Source: an uncultured bacterium (lineage in GTDB: Bacteria; Auribacterota; Erginobacteria; Erginobacterales; Erginobacteraceae). Taken from it: a DNA stretch of 64,000 bases. The notes under the pieces were generated by a model that worked only from the letters and a program-made list of their open reading frames with translations, was not told where the DNA came from and did not search any database. This document shows, in pieces, positions 39,569 to 49,963 of the stretch. Location of the stretch: NCBI GenBank assembly GCA_963822585.1, contig CAWGIE010000017.1:1-64000 (forward strand), read 5' to 3'. The first letter of the stretch is position 1. Each line of letters opens with the position of its first letter. The translations under genes were made by a program, and so were the position numbers.

Positions 39569-40564
39569 TCATTGATCAGTTGCCGGTATCCCCTCTTCTT
39601 TCGTATCCGTTTTACCCTTCCCCGCGAATAATGATCTGGTGAATTTCCCGGTCCAGAAGAGGCCCAGAACCGCCGGGAAGAGATACTCGACCAGGGAAAA
39701 GATCAAGGCCGCCCCCAGGACGGCGCCGGCGGAAAGGCGGGTGAAGGCCGGTATCAGTTCGACCAAACTGCCCTCCCGGAGACCGATCCCCAGGAAGGTG
39801 ACCGGGATGGTGGAGAGCAGGATGGAGAAGGGGAGGATAACGACATAGACTACCGGCGTCATGATGAGCCCGAAAGAGCGGCTGATCAGGAAGAAGGTGA
39901 GGAGCTTCCCGCTCTGGATGATCAGCGAGTAAAAGAGGATCCCCCCCAGCTGCCCCCCGGTAAAGAAGCGGTGGATCGTGAAGAAAGTCTCCAATCCTCC
40001 CCGGAGTTTGGGGCCGGGGATTTTCGAGAAAAGGCGCCTCAGCCAGCGCTGGGGGGAGGGCCGGGTCGCGATCAGGATGATGATGACGGCCAGCGCCAGG
40101 CCGCCGGCGATGAAATAAATCAGTCCGTCCAGAGACACCCCGAAGATGATCCCCCCGACAACAATGAAAAGAAGAAAGACGAGGATGTTCAGGAAAAGTT
40201 CGATCAGGATTGATGCCGTCCCCCGGGAGAGGGAAAAGCCGCGACACCTCTTCAGGTAGATGACCCGGGAAGCCTCTCCGGTGCGGAAAGGGAGGAGGCT
40301 CTTCAACGGCGCGCTCCCCATCTTGATCAGGAAGGCTTCCCGGAAGGAGAGATCAAGTCCCAGGGGAACCAGAATTTTCTGCCACTTGATCGTGGCCAGC
40401 CAGCAATTGGTCAGAAAAGAAACCGCCAGGGCTAATAAGATGGGAAGCGGCCGGGCGTCGGCGACGGCGGCCAGGACCCGGACGGTATCGATCTTCCGGA
40501 AGATCAGGACCAGCAGGACCACGGTCACCGCGAGACTGATAATCCATAGCAGGTTCTTTTTCAC
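39569..40564 (-). CDS. Lysylphosphatidylglycerol synthase TM / flippase-like membrane protein
   Basis: Multi-TM; LPFRTGEASR, IPVTFLGIGLRE. Confidence 0.85.
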   Translation of the reverse strand: MKKNLLWIISLAVTVVLLVLIFRKIDTVRVLAAVADARPLPILLALAVSFLTNCWLATIKWQKILVPLGLDLSFREAFLIKMGSAPLKSLLPFRTGEASRVIYLKRCRGFSLSRGTASILIELFLNILVFLLFIVVGGIIFGVSLDGLIYFIAGGLALAVIIILIATRPSPQRWLRRLFSKIPGPKLRGGLETFFTIHRFFTGGQLGGILFYSLIIQSGKLLTFFLISRSFGLIMTPVVYVVILPFSILLSTIPVTFLGIGLREGSLVELIPAFTRLSAGAVLGAALIFSLVEYLFPAVLGLFWTGKFTRSLFAGKGKTDTKEEGIPATDQ

Positions 40565-40648
40565 AGGACGATTTTTAAAAGACTGTTTTGACAGGACGAT
40601 TTTGGGACAAGACGATTATAAAAGACTGTTTTGACAAGACGTCAAAAA

Positions 40649-41012
40649 TTAATTATTACGAATGAGGGTCTTTAAAGTGATTTCGAGTTGATTAAAGTTA
40701 ATCCACTGGATTGCTTGAAGAGGTGTGTGTTGTAAGAAACGTCTGAGATGTTGTTCGTATGTGGCTTGTCCCTTTTTGATCGCGGAGAAATGAATCGCCA
40801 ATTCCGGGTTGAGGAGAGGCACTTTCTGTACACCGATACACTGATTATCGTCGATAATATCGATTCACCAGCGCATTCTGATATGTCTTTTCATCAAGAA
40901 GGCGCCCCATGTCGTTATGGAGATTAAAAATAATCCCCATCACCCTGTAGTCAAGAGAATGATATTCTGTTCTGCTGATCGGTATGGGTTCAACAGTGCA
41001 TTGAACAGACAT
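40649..41012 (-). pseudogene. GxxExxY protein remnant (probable internal deletion)
   Basis: N-part DYRVMGIIFNLHNDMGRLLDEKTYQNAL; a separate C-part reads YEQHLRRFLQHTPLQAIQWINFNQLEITLKTL. Confidence 0.75.
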
Positions 41013-41034
41013 GTTTGCAACCTTATAGTTTATT

Positions 41035-41255
41035 AAATCGTCATGTCCCAAAATTGTCCTGTCAATTGATATGATTGTTTTAAATCATCATGTCCCAAAA
41101 TCGTCCTGTCAATGGATATGATTGTTTTAAATCGTCATGTCCCAAAATCGTCCTGTCAATGGATATGATTGTTTTAAATCGTCATGTCCCAAAATCGTCC
41201 TGTCAATTGATATGATTGTTTTAAATCGTCATGTCCCAAAATCGTCCTGTCAATT
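41035..41255. repeat. 47-bp tandem repeat, ~4.7 copies
   Basis: aaatcgtcatgtcccaaaatcgtcctgtcaatKgatatgattgtttt at 41035, 41082, 41129, 41176, 41223; inverted partner tgacaggacgattttgggaca at 40563-40640. Confidence 0.95.
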
Positions 41256-42747
41256 AATGCGGCAGGCGGGGGGAGCGCTGGTAGCGGGAAGTGAAGCCGG
41301 GGGCGTTCTCGTCGAAGGCCAGGAATTCCTCATCGGGCCGGGAAATATTCTCCTGCTTGAAGACCATGTCGAGAAAGGCGAAAAACTTCCGCTTGAATTC
41401 ATCGAAGGAATGAACCTGCCGGACCATCCGGAACAGAAAGCCGGGCCGGGAATGGTAAGAGACATACGCCCACCGGGTCAACCGGTCGATCTCATCGTTG
41501 GTCAATCGCGTCCAGGGCCGGGGGAGAACCCGCTCATCGGTTTCCCCGAGAATGTATTTCTCCCAGTAATCGTAGCCGGTATCCCTGACCAGCTGCCGCC
41601 ACATTCCGGTCAGTGGCTTGGCGGTAAGCTTCGAGAACTGAACGTAGTCAAGATCGAGCTTTTTCGCGAACCGCACCGTTTTCCGGACCGATTCCCTGGT
41701 TTCGCCGGGCACGCCGACCAGGAAGAATCCGAGCGGCCTGATCCCGGCCTCCTTGGTGAGGGCGATCGTCTCCGTAATCTGCTTGAGGGTGATACCCTTG
41801 TTGATCCGATCCAGGATCTCCTGTGAACCCGATTCAAGGCCGTAATAGATGCGCCGGCACCCGGCCCGGTACATCGCCTCCAGAAGTTCACCGTTGACGG
41901 TATCCACCCGGGAACGGCAGGCCCAGGTCAGGTCAAGCTTCCTTTTCTCGAGTTCCCGGCAGATCGCCATCGTTCGTTCCCTGATCATGGGAAATTCGTA
42001 GTCGAAGATATCGATTTCCCTGATGCCGAACTTGTCATGACACTCCTGCATCTCATTGACGACGGTCAGGGGGGAGCGGGGGTTGTAGGCAGTCCGCCCG
42101 GCCTCGCAGAAAGTGCAGTGCATGGGACAACCGAGGCTGGTCACCATGACCGTGAAATTCTTCCGCTCGGTAGGAAATTCGGCATAGAGATGATTCGGGA
42201 GAAGGTGCCGGGCCGGATTCGGAAAATCGTCGAACACGATCTTCTGGGGATGGGGAGTGACGATGACGTCGGCGTTTTTTTTATACACCAGGCCGGGGAC
42301 GTCGTCAAACCGGCGGCCGCTTTCCAGCTCCGCCAGGAGCGCGGGGAGGGTGAAATAAGCCTGTTCCACCACCCCGAAGTCGATCTCGGGCGGCGAGACG
42401 GATTGGCGGGGATAAACCCTCAGGTTATAGCCGCCGATCAGGACCGGGATTTTCAGGTGTGTTTTTAGAAAACGTATCCACTCCAGTGTCTCGCGGAACA
42501 TGTACGTCGTCATCATGAAGCCCAGGATGTCGGGTTGAAACTCCCGAAGCCGGTCCAGCGTCTCTTCTTTACTCAAACGAAGGGTCCTGGCATCGATAAT
42601 CGAGGCCGTATGGCCGGCTTTTTCCGCGATAGCGGCCGCCCAGGCCAGGCTGAGGGGGGGGAAAAGCCCGAAATATTTCTGGACGATCCTCAGGTTCTCC
42701 TCGTGGAGCTTGTATTTAAAAGGATTGAAGACGAATCCGATCTTCAT
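41254..42747 (-). CDS. B12-binding domain radical SAM protein
   Basis: PPLSLA, GGY, TSLGCPMHCTFC (CxxxCxxC), YGLESGS, GVPGET. Confidence 0.93.
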   Translation of the reverse strand: MKIGFVFNPFKYKLHEENLRIVQKYFGLFPPLSLAWAAAIAEKAGHTASIIDARTLRLSKEETLDRLREFQPDILGFMMTTYMFRETLEWIRFLKTHLKIPVLIGGYNLRVYPRQSVSPPEIDFGVVEQAYFTLPALLAELESGRRFDDVPGLVYKKNADVIVTPHPQKIVFDDFPNPARHLLPNHLYAEFPTERKNFTVMVTSLGCPMHCTFCEAGRTAYNPRSPLTVVNEMQECHDKFGIREIDIFDYEFPMIRERTMAICRELEKRKLDLTWACRSRVDTVNGELLEAMYRAGCRRIYYGLESGSQEILDRINKGITLKQITETIALTKEAGIRPLGFFLVGVPGETRESVRKTVRFAKKLDLDYVQFSKLTAKPLTGMWRQLVRDTGYDYWEKYILGETDERVLPRPWTRLTNDEIDRLTRWAYVSYHSRPGFLFRMVRQVHSFDEFKRKFFAFLDMVFKQENISRPDEEFLAFDENAPGFTSRYQRSPRLPH

Positions 42748-42916
42748 AGCAGATAGATTTTAACTTGGATTATCTGAAAAAATGTGAATAATCTGAATGA
42801 GTTGCTTTGCAGCTAATTTAAGAAGAACACCATACTAAATTAGCTCCGGAAAAGCTAATTTAAACTCTTGGATGTTCTTTACAAAGCTATCGAACAATAA
42901 TTTTTCCGGAGGAAAA

Positions 42917-43099
42917 ATGATGATTGAACTGGTTCTGGTTGTCTTTCTGTTATCGGTCGCCGTGATGGCGACCGTTATGGTAAAGGTTGGGATCAAAGCG
43001 GTCGATTTCATGGAAGCGACCTATCGGTTTTACGAACGCCAGGACGAGGCGCAAAAACAGATAATCGAACTATTGCGGCGACAGGACGCCTCCGCCTGA
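42917..43099 (+). CDS. Small single-TM hypothetical protein
   Basis: GGAGG RBS, hydrophobic N-terminus, 60 aa. Confidence 0.6.
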   Translation: MMIELVLVVFLLSVAVMATVMVKVGIKAVDFMEATYRFYERQDEAQKQIIELLRRQDASA

Positions 43100-43146
43100 G
43101 TCTGAACCCGGTTGCGGTCTCTTCTCGATAACTTTTTTCGGAGAAA

Positions 43147-44127
43147 ATGATAAACGTGCTCTTGCCGATCAAGAAAAACGGCCGATGCGGATATGTCAAT
43201 CGGGAAGCTTCCTGGGTCATCGAACCCCGGTTTGACCTTGCCTTTCCCTTCTATGAAGGGTTGGCCCTGGTTTCTCTCGCCGGAAAAACACTGGCCGGCA
43301 AGACGGGCCAGCGGTACGGCTACATTGACGATACCGGCCGGATGGTCATCAAACCCCGATTCCGGGAAGCATTTTCTTTTTCGGAAGGACTGGCCACGGT
43401 GATTCCTCCCGGTCTCACGCGGCATCGCTGGGGATACATCAATGCCGCCGGAAAAATCATCATCCGTCCCCGATTCACGGTCACCGGGAGTTTTTTTGGC
43501 GGTCTGGCCCGAGCCTCGGAGCGAGGTCCCGTGGGTTTTATCGACCAGGAGGGGAAATTTGTTATTTCCCCTCGTTTCGATTCGGCCGGTGATTTTTCAG
43601 AGGACCTGGCGGCGGTGAGGATGGAAGGGGAGCAGAAGTGGGGGTATGTGGGCCGCACGGGCGAGAGGATAATTCGGCCTGAATTCGATTGGGCGGAATC
43701 CTTTTCCGGGGGGTTGGCCCGGGTAAACAGCGGCGGCAAGTGGGGGTTCATTGACCGGATGGGTAGGTATCGTTGCCGGCCGGTTTTCGATTACGCGTAT
43801 GATTTTTCGGAAGGGCTGGCGCCGGTTGCCGTGGAGAGGACCTTCGACAAAATACTCCAGACCCGGACCGGCGGCAAGTGGGGATATATCGATGAGAACG
43901 GGAGGGGGGTCATTGACTCTCTTTACGACCGGGCTTTCCCTTTTTTCGACGGGAGAGCTCGGATTATGCTCTGTGATCGTTGGAATTACATCGATAAAAA
44001 CGGGGAGCTGCTGACCGATGCCCGGTATGACGATGCCACCGATTTCCACGGGGGGATCGCCCGTGTCTGGATCGGGAAACAGCAGTTTGTCATTGATACG
44101 GAAGGCAAGACCAGCCCGATTGTGTAA
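43147..44127 (+). CDS. WG-repeat protein
   Basis: Repeats of WGYIxxxG..I.P.F..A..FSEGLA.V. Confidence 0.92.
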   Translation: MINVLLPIKKNGRCGYVNREASWVIEPRFDLAFPFYEGLALVSLAGKTLAGKTGQRYGYIDDTGRMVIKPRFREAFSFSEGLATVIPPGLTRHRWGYINAAGKIIIRPRFTVTGSFFGGLARASERGPVGFIDQEGKFVISPRFDSAGDFSEDLAAVRMEGEQKWGYVGRTGERIIRPEFDWAESFSGGLARVNSGGKWGFIDRMGRYRCRPVFDYAYDFSEGLAPVAVERTFDKILQTRTGGKWGYIDENGRGVIDSLYDRAFPFFDGRARIMLCDRWNYIDKNGELLTDARYDDATDFHGGIARVWIGKQQFVIDTEGKTSPIV

Positions 44128-44132
44128 AAACT

Positions 44133-44293
44133 CAACGTCGAACGTCCAACGTCGAACGGGAAAACGCAAAGCGGAGAGGGCAGAGCGCATTGAGCCCGGG
44201 GATGCAGTGATCAGTAATCGGTGATCAGTGATCAGTGGCGAGGGAAAAAACTGAACGTTCAACGTCGAACGTTCAACGTCCAACGTCGAACGA
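44133..44293. repeat. Mixed heptamer arrays (AACGTCG/AACGTCC and CAGTGAT)
   Basis: caacgtcgaacgtccaacgtcgaacg; cagtgatcagtaatcggtgatcagtgatcagt; gaacgttcaacgtcgaacgttcaacgtccaacgtcgaacg. Confidence 0.85.
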
Positions 44294-44492
44294 CAGAAGC
44301 AGAGACCACCAATCCTATTTAATCACATTCAATCGTCTGCCCCGCCCCGAGGTTTTAATCAGGGTTTCAAAAAGGGGGTGAGGCGGGGGGCTTTTGTGAA
44401 TTTTGCGTCTTTTTGCGGCTGAAAAAAAGGGGCGCGGCGGGGGTTTCTTTTGTAAATTGTGCTTTGTTGCGGCTGATGAAGGGAGGGAGAAG

Positions 44493-45354
44493 ATGACGAT
44501 CAGGGAGAGAGCGCTGCCCCCGGGCTGGTACCCGGGGAGTGCCGGGGAGACACGGGAGGCTATCGAGAGATTTCTGCGGGATATCGGGGGACCTCCCCCG
44601 GAGGGAAAGATGACGGGGATCGCGGGGATCGCCCCCCACGCCGGATGGGAATTCTCGGGGCGATGCGCCCTGGCGGTTCTCCTGCGCCTCCGCCAGCCGG
44701 TGGATACCGTCGTGGTAGTGGGAGGGCATCTGGGGCCCTCGTCCGGCCTCCTGGCCGCTTCCGAGGCGGGGTACGAGACTCCCCTGGGAACGATCGAGGC
44801 GGATCTGCCGCTCTTGGAAAAGATCGGCAGCTATTGCGGGACCCCTCTCCGGGAAGACCGCCACCCCGATAACACGGTCGAAGTTCAGCTGCCCTTCATC
44901 AAGTATCTCTTTCCGCAGAGCCGGTCCCTGTACCTTCGGAGCGCCCCTTCGTCCGACGCCGTGGAACTTGGCCGGGCGATAAAGGAAGCCGCCGACGAAC
45001 TGGGGCGGAAGGTCGTCGTCCTCGGTTCGACCGACCTGACCCATTACGGCAGCAATTACGGTTTCTCCCCGGCTGGAAGGGGAGAAAAAGCGGTCGCCTG
45101 GGTCAAGGAAGTCAACGACCGGGGATTTGTCAATAACCTGCTGGCCATGGATGCCGAGGGCGCTCTTCGCCATGCCGGGGCAAACCAGTCGGCCTGTTCC
45201 GCGGGCGGTGCCGCCGCCGCCGTTTCCTTCGCCCGGGAGTCGGGGGTCAAACAGCGGAGAACTGATCGATTATTTCACCAGTTACGACATTTATCCGAAC
45301 GAGTCGTTTGTCGGCTACGCAGGGATAGTATATGAAATGACGAAAACAGAATGA
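44493..45354 (+). CDS. amrB: AmmeMemoRadiSam system protein B (MEMO1 family), frameshift near 45252
   Basis: GWYPG, APHAGWEFSG, TPLG, EVQLPF, GSTDLTHYG, SACSAG; second frame YFTSYD...SFVGYAGIVY. Confidence 0.9.
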
Positions 45355-45487
45355 CGAATGACGAATGAAATCATAATAACAAATAACTGAATTCCCAATT
45401 TACCTTCGACAGCACGGCCCCCGGAATGGCGCGAAATATCCAGCTTTCGGATTTCGGGTTTTGGATTTAACGAGATTTCTGATTTCG

Positions 45488-45727
45488 TCATTCGGATTTC
45501 TTATTTTGAGATCTCTTCAACAGCTCTTCCTGAAGCCGCTTCATCTTCTCCCGCTGGGCGGCTTCCGCTTCCGGGTTGGCTTCGATAACGAAGTCAAGAA
45601 TGCTGCCGTCATGGACGCCTTCCGGCAGAAAATCAACCGGCCAGATAAAATCTCCCGCCACCCCCTCGATCTCGAGAACGGCCAGAGATCCGTCCTCGAT
45701 CCGGTCGATCACCACGCGTAATTTCAT
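45488..45727 (-). CDS. DUF3006 family protein
   Basis: VIDRIEDGSLAVLE...LPEGVHDGSIL...acidic/basic C-terminal helix. Confidence 0.85.
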   Translation of the reverse strand: MKLRVVIDRIEDGSLAVLEIEGVAGDFIWPVDFLPEGVHDGSILDFVIEANPEAEAAQREKMKRLQEELLKRSQNKKSE

Positions 45728-45756
45728 GATGTTTTCCTCCCGAAAAAGAAATTATA

Positions 45757-45969
45757 ACCACGAAGGACACGAAGAACACGAAGGATCACTGAAAAGAAGA
45801 TAGCCCAATTATTTGTCACGCCTTGAAACTTTTGCTGACGTTATCAGAAAAGGAAATTGTGTTGAGACAGTGTGTCCCGGACAAAATGAATCAAACGATG
45901 AAGGATATGTCGGAGTAACTCAAATCTTTTTAAATATTTTTCTTTGTGCTCTTCGTGTCCTTCGTGGTT
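45757..45969. repeat. Inverted ACACGAAGR 9-mer arrays
   Basis: accacgaaggacacgaagaacacgaagg ... ctttgtgctcttcgtgtccttcgtggtt; same pair at 48420-48567. Confidence 0.85.
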
Positions 45970-45980
45970 TTAAAAAGATA

Positions 45981-47237
45981 TTAATCCGATTTCGCGGCGC
46001 GCTGGATGATGCGGCAGACGGCCCGATTCCGTTTTCTTCTCCACCAGGAGTTCAGGTCGCGGGAAAGCCGCCGGTCGATCTCCGGGATTTTATCGGGGTG
46101 CTTCCGGATATATTTTTCTCCGGCCGAATACGCGGAGAGGATCTCGTCAAAACCGTAACGGAAAAACACCGCGGTGTCGCCGGCGATCGCCACCCGGGCG
46201 GCGATGCTCCCCAGGCAGGCCGGCCCGACTGCCTGTTGAAAATAGGCATAACGGCCGGGGGCATGGTCATCTTCCTGAAAGTGGAGGAAGATCAGGGCCG
46301 CCGCGCGCGCGTCGGCGGTGGCGCGGTGCCAGTCTTTCAGTTCGATCCCGAGGGCCTCCGCCACCGCTCCCAGGCGGTGGCTCTGTCCCGGCATTCGGGA
46401 CCTCGCCTGGACCAGCGTGCAGTATTTCTCGTTGTTCAGCCGTCGTCCCAGGAGCTTCCGGGAGGCGTGGGAAAGGAAAGGATAGTCGAAATCGATATTA
46501 TGGGCGATCAGGGTGTCGTTGCCGATAAAATCCAGGAAAGAAGGCAGCACCTCCTTCAGGGGGGGGGCTTTTTTTAGATCATTATCGGAAATACCGGTCA
46601 AGCGCGTTATCTCGGCCGGGAGGGGGTGAGCGGGTTTGGCCAGGGCGCTGAACTCTTCCCCCAAATGGCCGTTTCGGATTCTGACCGCGCCCATCTCGAT
46701 AATCTCATCCCCGCCGGGGTTTTTTCCGGTCGTTTCGAGGTCGAAAGCGATATATTTTTTGCCGAAATCTTTCTCCGTGGAGCGCTGTCGCGCCTCCCCC
46801 AGCTTGAAGACCAGCCCGCTCAACGCATACTGTCCCTCATCGGGGACCGAGGAAGAAACGGAAAGGGATGTGTCCCGGGAACGGTAACATAGTTCTTCCG
46901 GTCGTGTCAGATCGAGAAACGGCGGACCGCTCTCCTCCCCGGCCAGGAGCAGGGACCGGTTTTTTTTAAATATCCGCCGGAAAAAGGATCCGGCCACGAC
47001 CGAGTCCGGTGAATTCCCTTCCCGAATGGAGATTGGCCCCCCGGCCCCCAGCCTGGCTCCGATCGCCGACAGCATCCGCCCCAATCCGGGGATGGAGAAG
47101 GGGGGGAGGAGTCGGGAAGGGGAAGCCCGTAAAAGCGTCTCTTCCGAGAAAGTGATCCCGGAGAGGAGGGATTTTATTTCAGGGGGCAGTTCCAGCCCAT
47201 GGTGGATTTTTGCGATGACTTGTTGAATATCAGCCAT
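45981..47237 (-). CDS. DEDDh (DnaQ-like) 3'-5' exonuclease within a degenerate RecJ-like scaffold
   Basis: AFDLETTG, EIIEMGAV, LTGI, IAHNIDFD, HRATADA. Confidence 0.85.
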   Translation of the reverse strand: MADIQQVIAKIHHGLELPPEIKSLLSGITFSEETLLRASPSRLLPPFSIPGLGRMLSAIGARLGAGGPISIREGNSPDSVVAGSFFRRIFKKNRSLLLAGEESGPPFLDLTRPEELCYRSRDTSLSVSSSVPDEGQYALSGLVFKLGEARQRSTEKDFGKKYIAFDLETTGKNPGGDEIIEMGAVRIRNGHLGEEFSALAKPAHPLPAEITRLTGISDNDLKKAPPLKEVLPSFLDFIGNDTLIAHNIDFDYPFLSHASRKLLGRRLNNEKYCTLVQARSRMPGQSHRLGAVAEALGIELKDWHRATADARAAALIFLHFQEDDHAPGRYAYFQQAVGPACLGSIAARVAIAGDTAVFFRYGFDEILSAYSAGEKYIRKHPDKIPEIDRRLSRDLNSWWRRKRNRAVCRIIQRAAKSD

Positions 47238-47561
47238 GTGGAGGTAAATCCCAAATAACAAGCACCAAAACTCAAATAAATCTCAAATTACAAGCACCAA
47301 ATTCAAAACAACCTGCCGGATAAGCGAGGCCATTTTTCGATAGGGAGGTTATCATTTAGTAACACTTTAGCTCTTTGAAATTACCACCTATCCAATGACC
47401 GAAACGAATAGTCGAGAGAGTTTTGCCCCGGCCGATTTGTGATTTTGAATTTCGGTTATTGTAATTTATTTGAAATTTGGAATTTGTGATTTGGAATTTC
47501 TTATCGGCGGGGTTATCACGAAATTATCGGCTACGGTTTTTCTCTCGGATCAGGCTGAACA

Positions 47562-48383
47562 TTATATCTCTTTAATGATCTCGCCGATCAGCCTGGCCAG
47601 GTTCCCGCTGGCTTTCGCGGCCGCCCGGGTAACCTCTTCGTGAGTGAGCGGTTCGGTCCGGGTCGCGCTGACCAGGTTGGAGATAAAGGTGATGGCCAGG
47701 AAACGCAGCCCCAGATAACTGGAAACGATGGCTTCCGGAACAGTGGACATCCCGACCGCGTCCGCGCCCAGTTTGGCCGCCATGGCGATCTCCGCCTTGG
47801 TCTCGTAACTGGGTCCGGGAAAAGAGATCAATACCCCCTGGTGGAGGTTGATGCCGGCCTTCTTTGCCGCCCGAAGAGCGAGTTCACCCAGGCCGGGATG
47901 GTAGGCTTCCGACATGTCCGGGAACCGGGGACCGACACTATCGTCATTGGGACCGCTCAGCGGGTTGAGGAACATGAAGTTGATGTGGTCCCTGACCAGC
48001 ATCAGGTCTCCCCCCGAGAAGTCGGGGTTGATGCCCCCGGCGGCGTTGGTGTTGATGACGGTCGTCACTCCGAGGGCCTTCATCACGAAGAGAGGGTACA
48101 TGACTTTCGCCGCCCCGATGCCCTCGTAGAAATGAACCCGGCCTTCCTGAACGACGATGTTCTTGCCCGCGAAAGTACCGAAGGCCAGCCGTCCCCCGTG
48201 ACCTTTGACGGAAGAGACCGGAAAGTTGGGGATCTCGGAATAGGGGATATGGATGGCATCTTCCAGAAGTTCAACCACCGCCCCCAGTCCCGAGCCGAGA
48301 ACAATGCCGATCTCCGGCTTGATCTTAGTGCGCGAGTGAAGAAAATCAACCGTCTCTTTGATCTTGTTCTTGTCAACAATCAT
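47562..48383 (-). CDS. punA: Purine-nucleoside phosphorylase (trimeric family)
   Basis: GIVLGSGLG, GH.G, GRVHFYEG, TNAAGG, GPSYET.AE, GADAVGMSTVPE. Confidence 0.95.
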   Translation of the reverse strand: MIVDKNKIKETVDFLHSRTKIKPEIGIVLGSGLGAVVELLEDAIHIPYSEIPNFPVSSVKGHGGRLAFGTFAGKNIVVQEGRVHFYEGIGAAKVMYPLFVMKALGVTTVINTNAAGGINPDFSGGDLMLVRDHINFMFLNPLSGPNDDSVGPRFPDMSEAYHPGLGELALRAAKKAGINLHQGVLISFPGPSYETKAEIAMAAKLGADAVGMSTVPEAIVSSYLGLRFLAITFISNLVSATRTEPLTHEEVTRAAAKASGNLARLIGEIIKEI

Positions 48384-48419
48384 GAAAAAACTCCTTTGCT
48401 CTTTTTAAAAGCATTATTT

Positions 48420-48567
48420 ACCACGAAGGACACGAAGATCACGAAGGATAGCTGTCATCCGATAGGACGGATTATGGATTATTTAAAAGGGACGAACAGC
48501 AGAAAAAGTCGTTAAGATTTAGAATATCTTATGAATAATCTTCGTGTCCTTCGTGTTCTTCGTGGTT
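48420..48567. repeat. Inverted ACACGAAGR 9-mer arrays
   Basis: accacgaaggacacgaagatcacgaagg ... cttcgtgtccttcgtgttcttcgtggtt. Confidence 0.85.
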
Positions 48568-48583
48568 GATTTTAATAGTAGAA

Positions 48584-49759
48584 TTACCCTGCCATAATGT
48601 CTCGAAGAAAGCTCTTCCCGTATTTCATCCGTGGCAAGCCTAAGTATTCCCCGATCGTTTGGGCGATGTCGGCGAAGCTCCCCCGGGTGCCCAGGTTCAC
48701 CCCCGGTCTGACCGGCTGACCGTTGACGAGCAGGGGAATATACTCCCGCGTGTGGTCGGTATGGACGGTAAACGTGGGATCGCAGCCGTGATCGGCCGTA
48801 ATGAAGAGAATATCTTCCGGCCCCCGCGCGTTCAGTATCTCCGGAATCCGGCGGTCAAAATCCTCCAGCGCTTCCGCGTAGGCCCCGGTATCGCGGCGGT
48901 GTCCGTACTTCATGTCGAAATCGACCAGGTTGGTGAAGATCAGGCTGAAGCCCTTCTCCTTCATGGCTTCCAGTGTCTTGTCCACGCCGTCCATGTTATC
49001 CTCGATACTGACCGTTTCACTGACCCCCTTCCCGGCGAAGATATCGTAGATTTTACCGACCCCGTATGTTTTCCCCCCGTTTTTGATAATAACGTCAAGA
49101 AGAGTGTCAGCGGGCGGGGTGAAGGAAAAGTCATGGCGGTGGGCCGTCCGCTCGAAACTGCCCGGTTTGCCCACGAACGGGCGGGCGATGACCCGGGCCA
49201 CCCCATGCTCCCCGGTGAGAAGTTCACGGGCCTGCCGGCAGATCCGGTACAGTTCGTCGAGGGGGATGATCTCCTCATGGGCGGCGATCTGAAAAACGCT
49301 GTCGGCGGAGGTGTAGATGATCGGATACCCGGTTCGCACGTGTTCTTCGCCCAGGTCCTTAATGATCTCAGTCCCCGAGGCGGCGTAGTTGCCGAGCGTC
49401 TTGCGGCCGATCTTCTTTTCAAAAGCCTCCACCAGCTCGGCGGGGAATCCGTTCGGGTAGACCGGGAAGGGGCGTTCCGATACCAGCCCGGCGATCTCCC
49501 AGTGCCCCACGGTCGTGTCTTTCCCCTGAGACAGTTCGCCCAGTTTCCCGTAGGCTCCGGAGGGGGAGGGGGAGGGGGGGACACCGCGCAGGGGGGCGAT
49601 GTTGCCGAGACCCATCTTCTCCATGTTCGGCATCGTGAAACCGGAGACGTTTTCCGCGATATGCCCCAGGGTATTCGCCCCGGCGTCTCCAAAGGCCGCG
49701 GCGTCGGGCAATTCGCCGATCCCCGCGCTGTCCAGTACGATAATAATTGCTCGTTTCAT
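48584..49759 (-). CDS. deoB: Phosphopentomutase
   Basis: [67 protein letters not shown]. Confidence 0.97.
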   Translation of the reverse strand: MKRAIIIVLDSAGIGELPDAAAFGDAGANTLGHIAENVSGFTMPNMEKMGLGNIAPLRGVPPSPSPSGAYGKLGELSQGKDTTVGHWEIAGLVSERPFPVYPNGFPAELVEAFEKKIGRKTLGNYAASGTEIIKDLGEEHVRTGYPIIYTSADSVFQIAAHEEIIPLDELYRICRQARELLTGEHGVARVIARPFVGKPGSFERTAHRHDFSFTPPADTLLDVIIKNGGKTYGVGKIYDIFAGKGVSETVSIEDNMDGVDKTLEAMKEKGFSLIFTNLVDFDMKYGHRRDTGAYAEALEDFDRRIPEILNARGPEDILFITADHGCDPTFTVHTDHTREYIPLLVNGQPVRPGVNLGTRGSFADIAQTIGEYLGLPRMKYGKSFLRDIMAG

Positions 49760-49778
49760 AAGTGCGGCTCCTAAAAAA

Positions 49779-49927
49779 AAGTGCCTAAAGTGCACTAAAG
49801 TGCCAAAGTGCTTAAAGTCAATCTCGCCGCGCACCTAGTATAGTGAGAAGTCCGCTGGGCGAGTCGACAGACTTTAGCACTTTAGTCACTTTAGAACTCC
49901 GCTCCAGGCGAAAACTTTAGGCACTTT
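49779..49927. repeat. Empty cassette of inverted AAAGTGC(C/A)T arrays
   Basis: aagtgcctaaagtgcactaaagtgccaaagtgcttaaagt ... actttagcactttagtcactttag...aactttaggcacttt. Confidence 0.85.
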
Positions 49928-49963
49928 CTATAGGCGCTTAAATTTTTAGGGCATCTTCTGCCT

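Noticed and set aside
41035..41255. 47-bp repeat as a CRISPR array
   Set aside because: Units are head-to-tail with no unique spacers, and there are no cas genes.
45981..47237. DNA polymerase III PolC or epsilon subunit
   Set aside because: Only the exonuclease domain is present, with no polymerase domains, and the flanks look RecJ-like.
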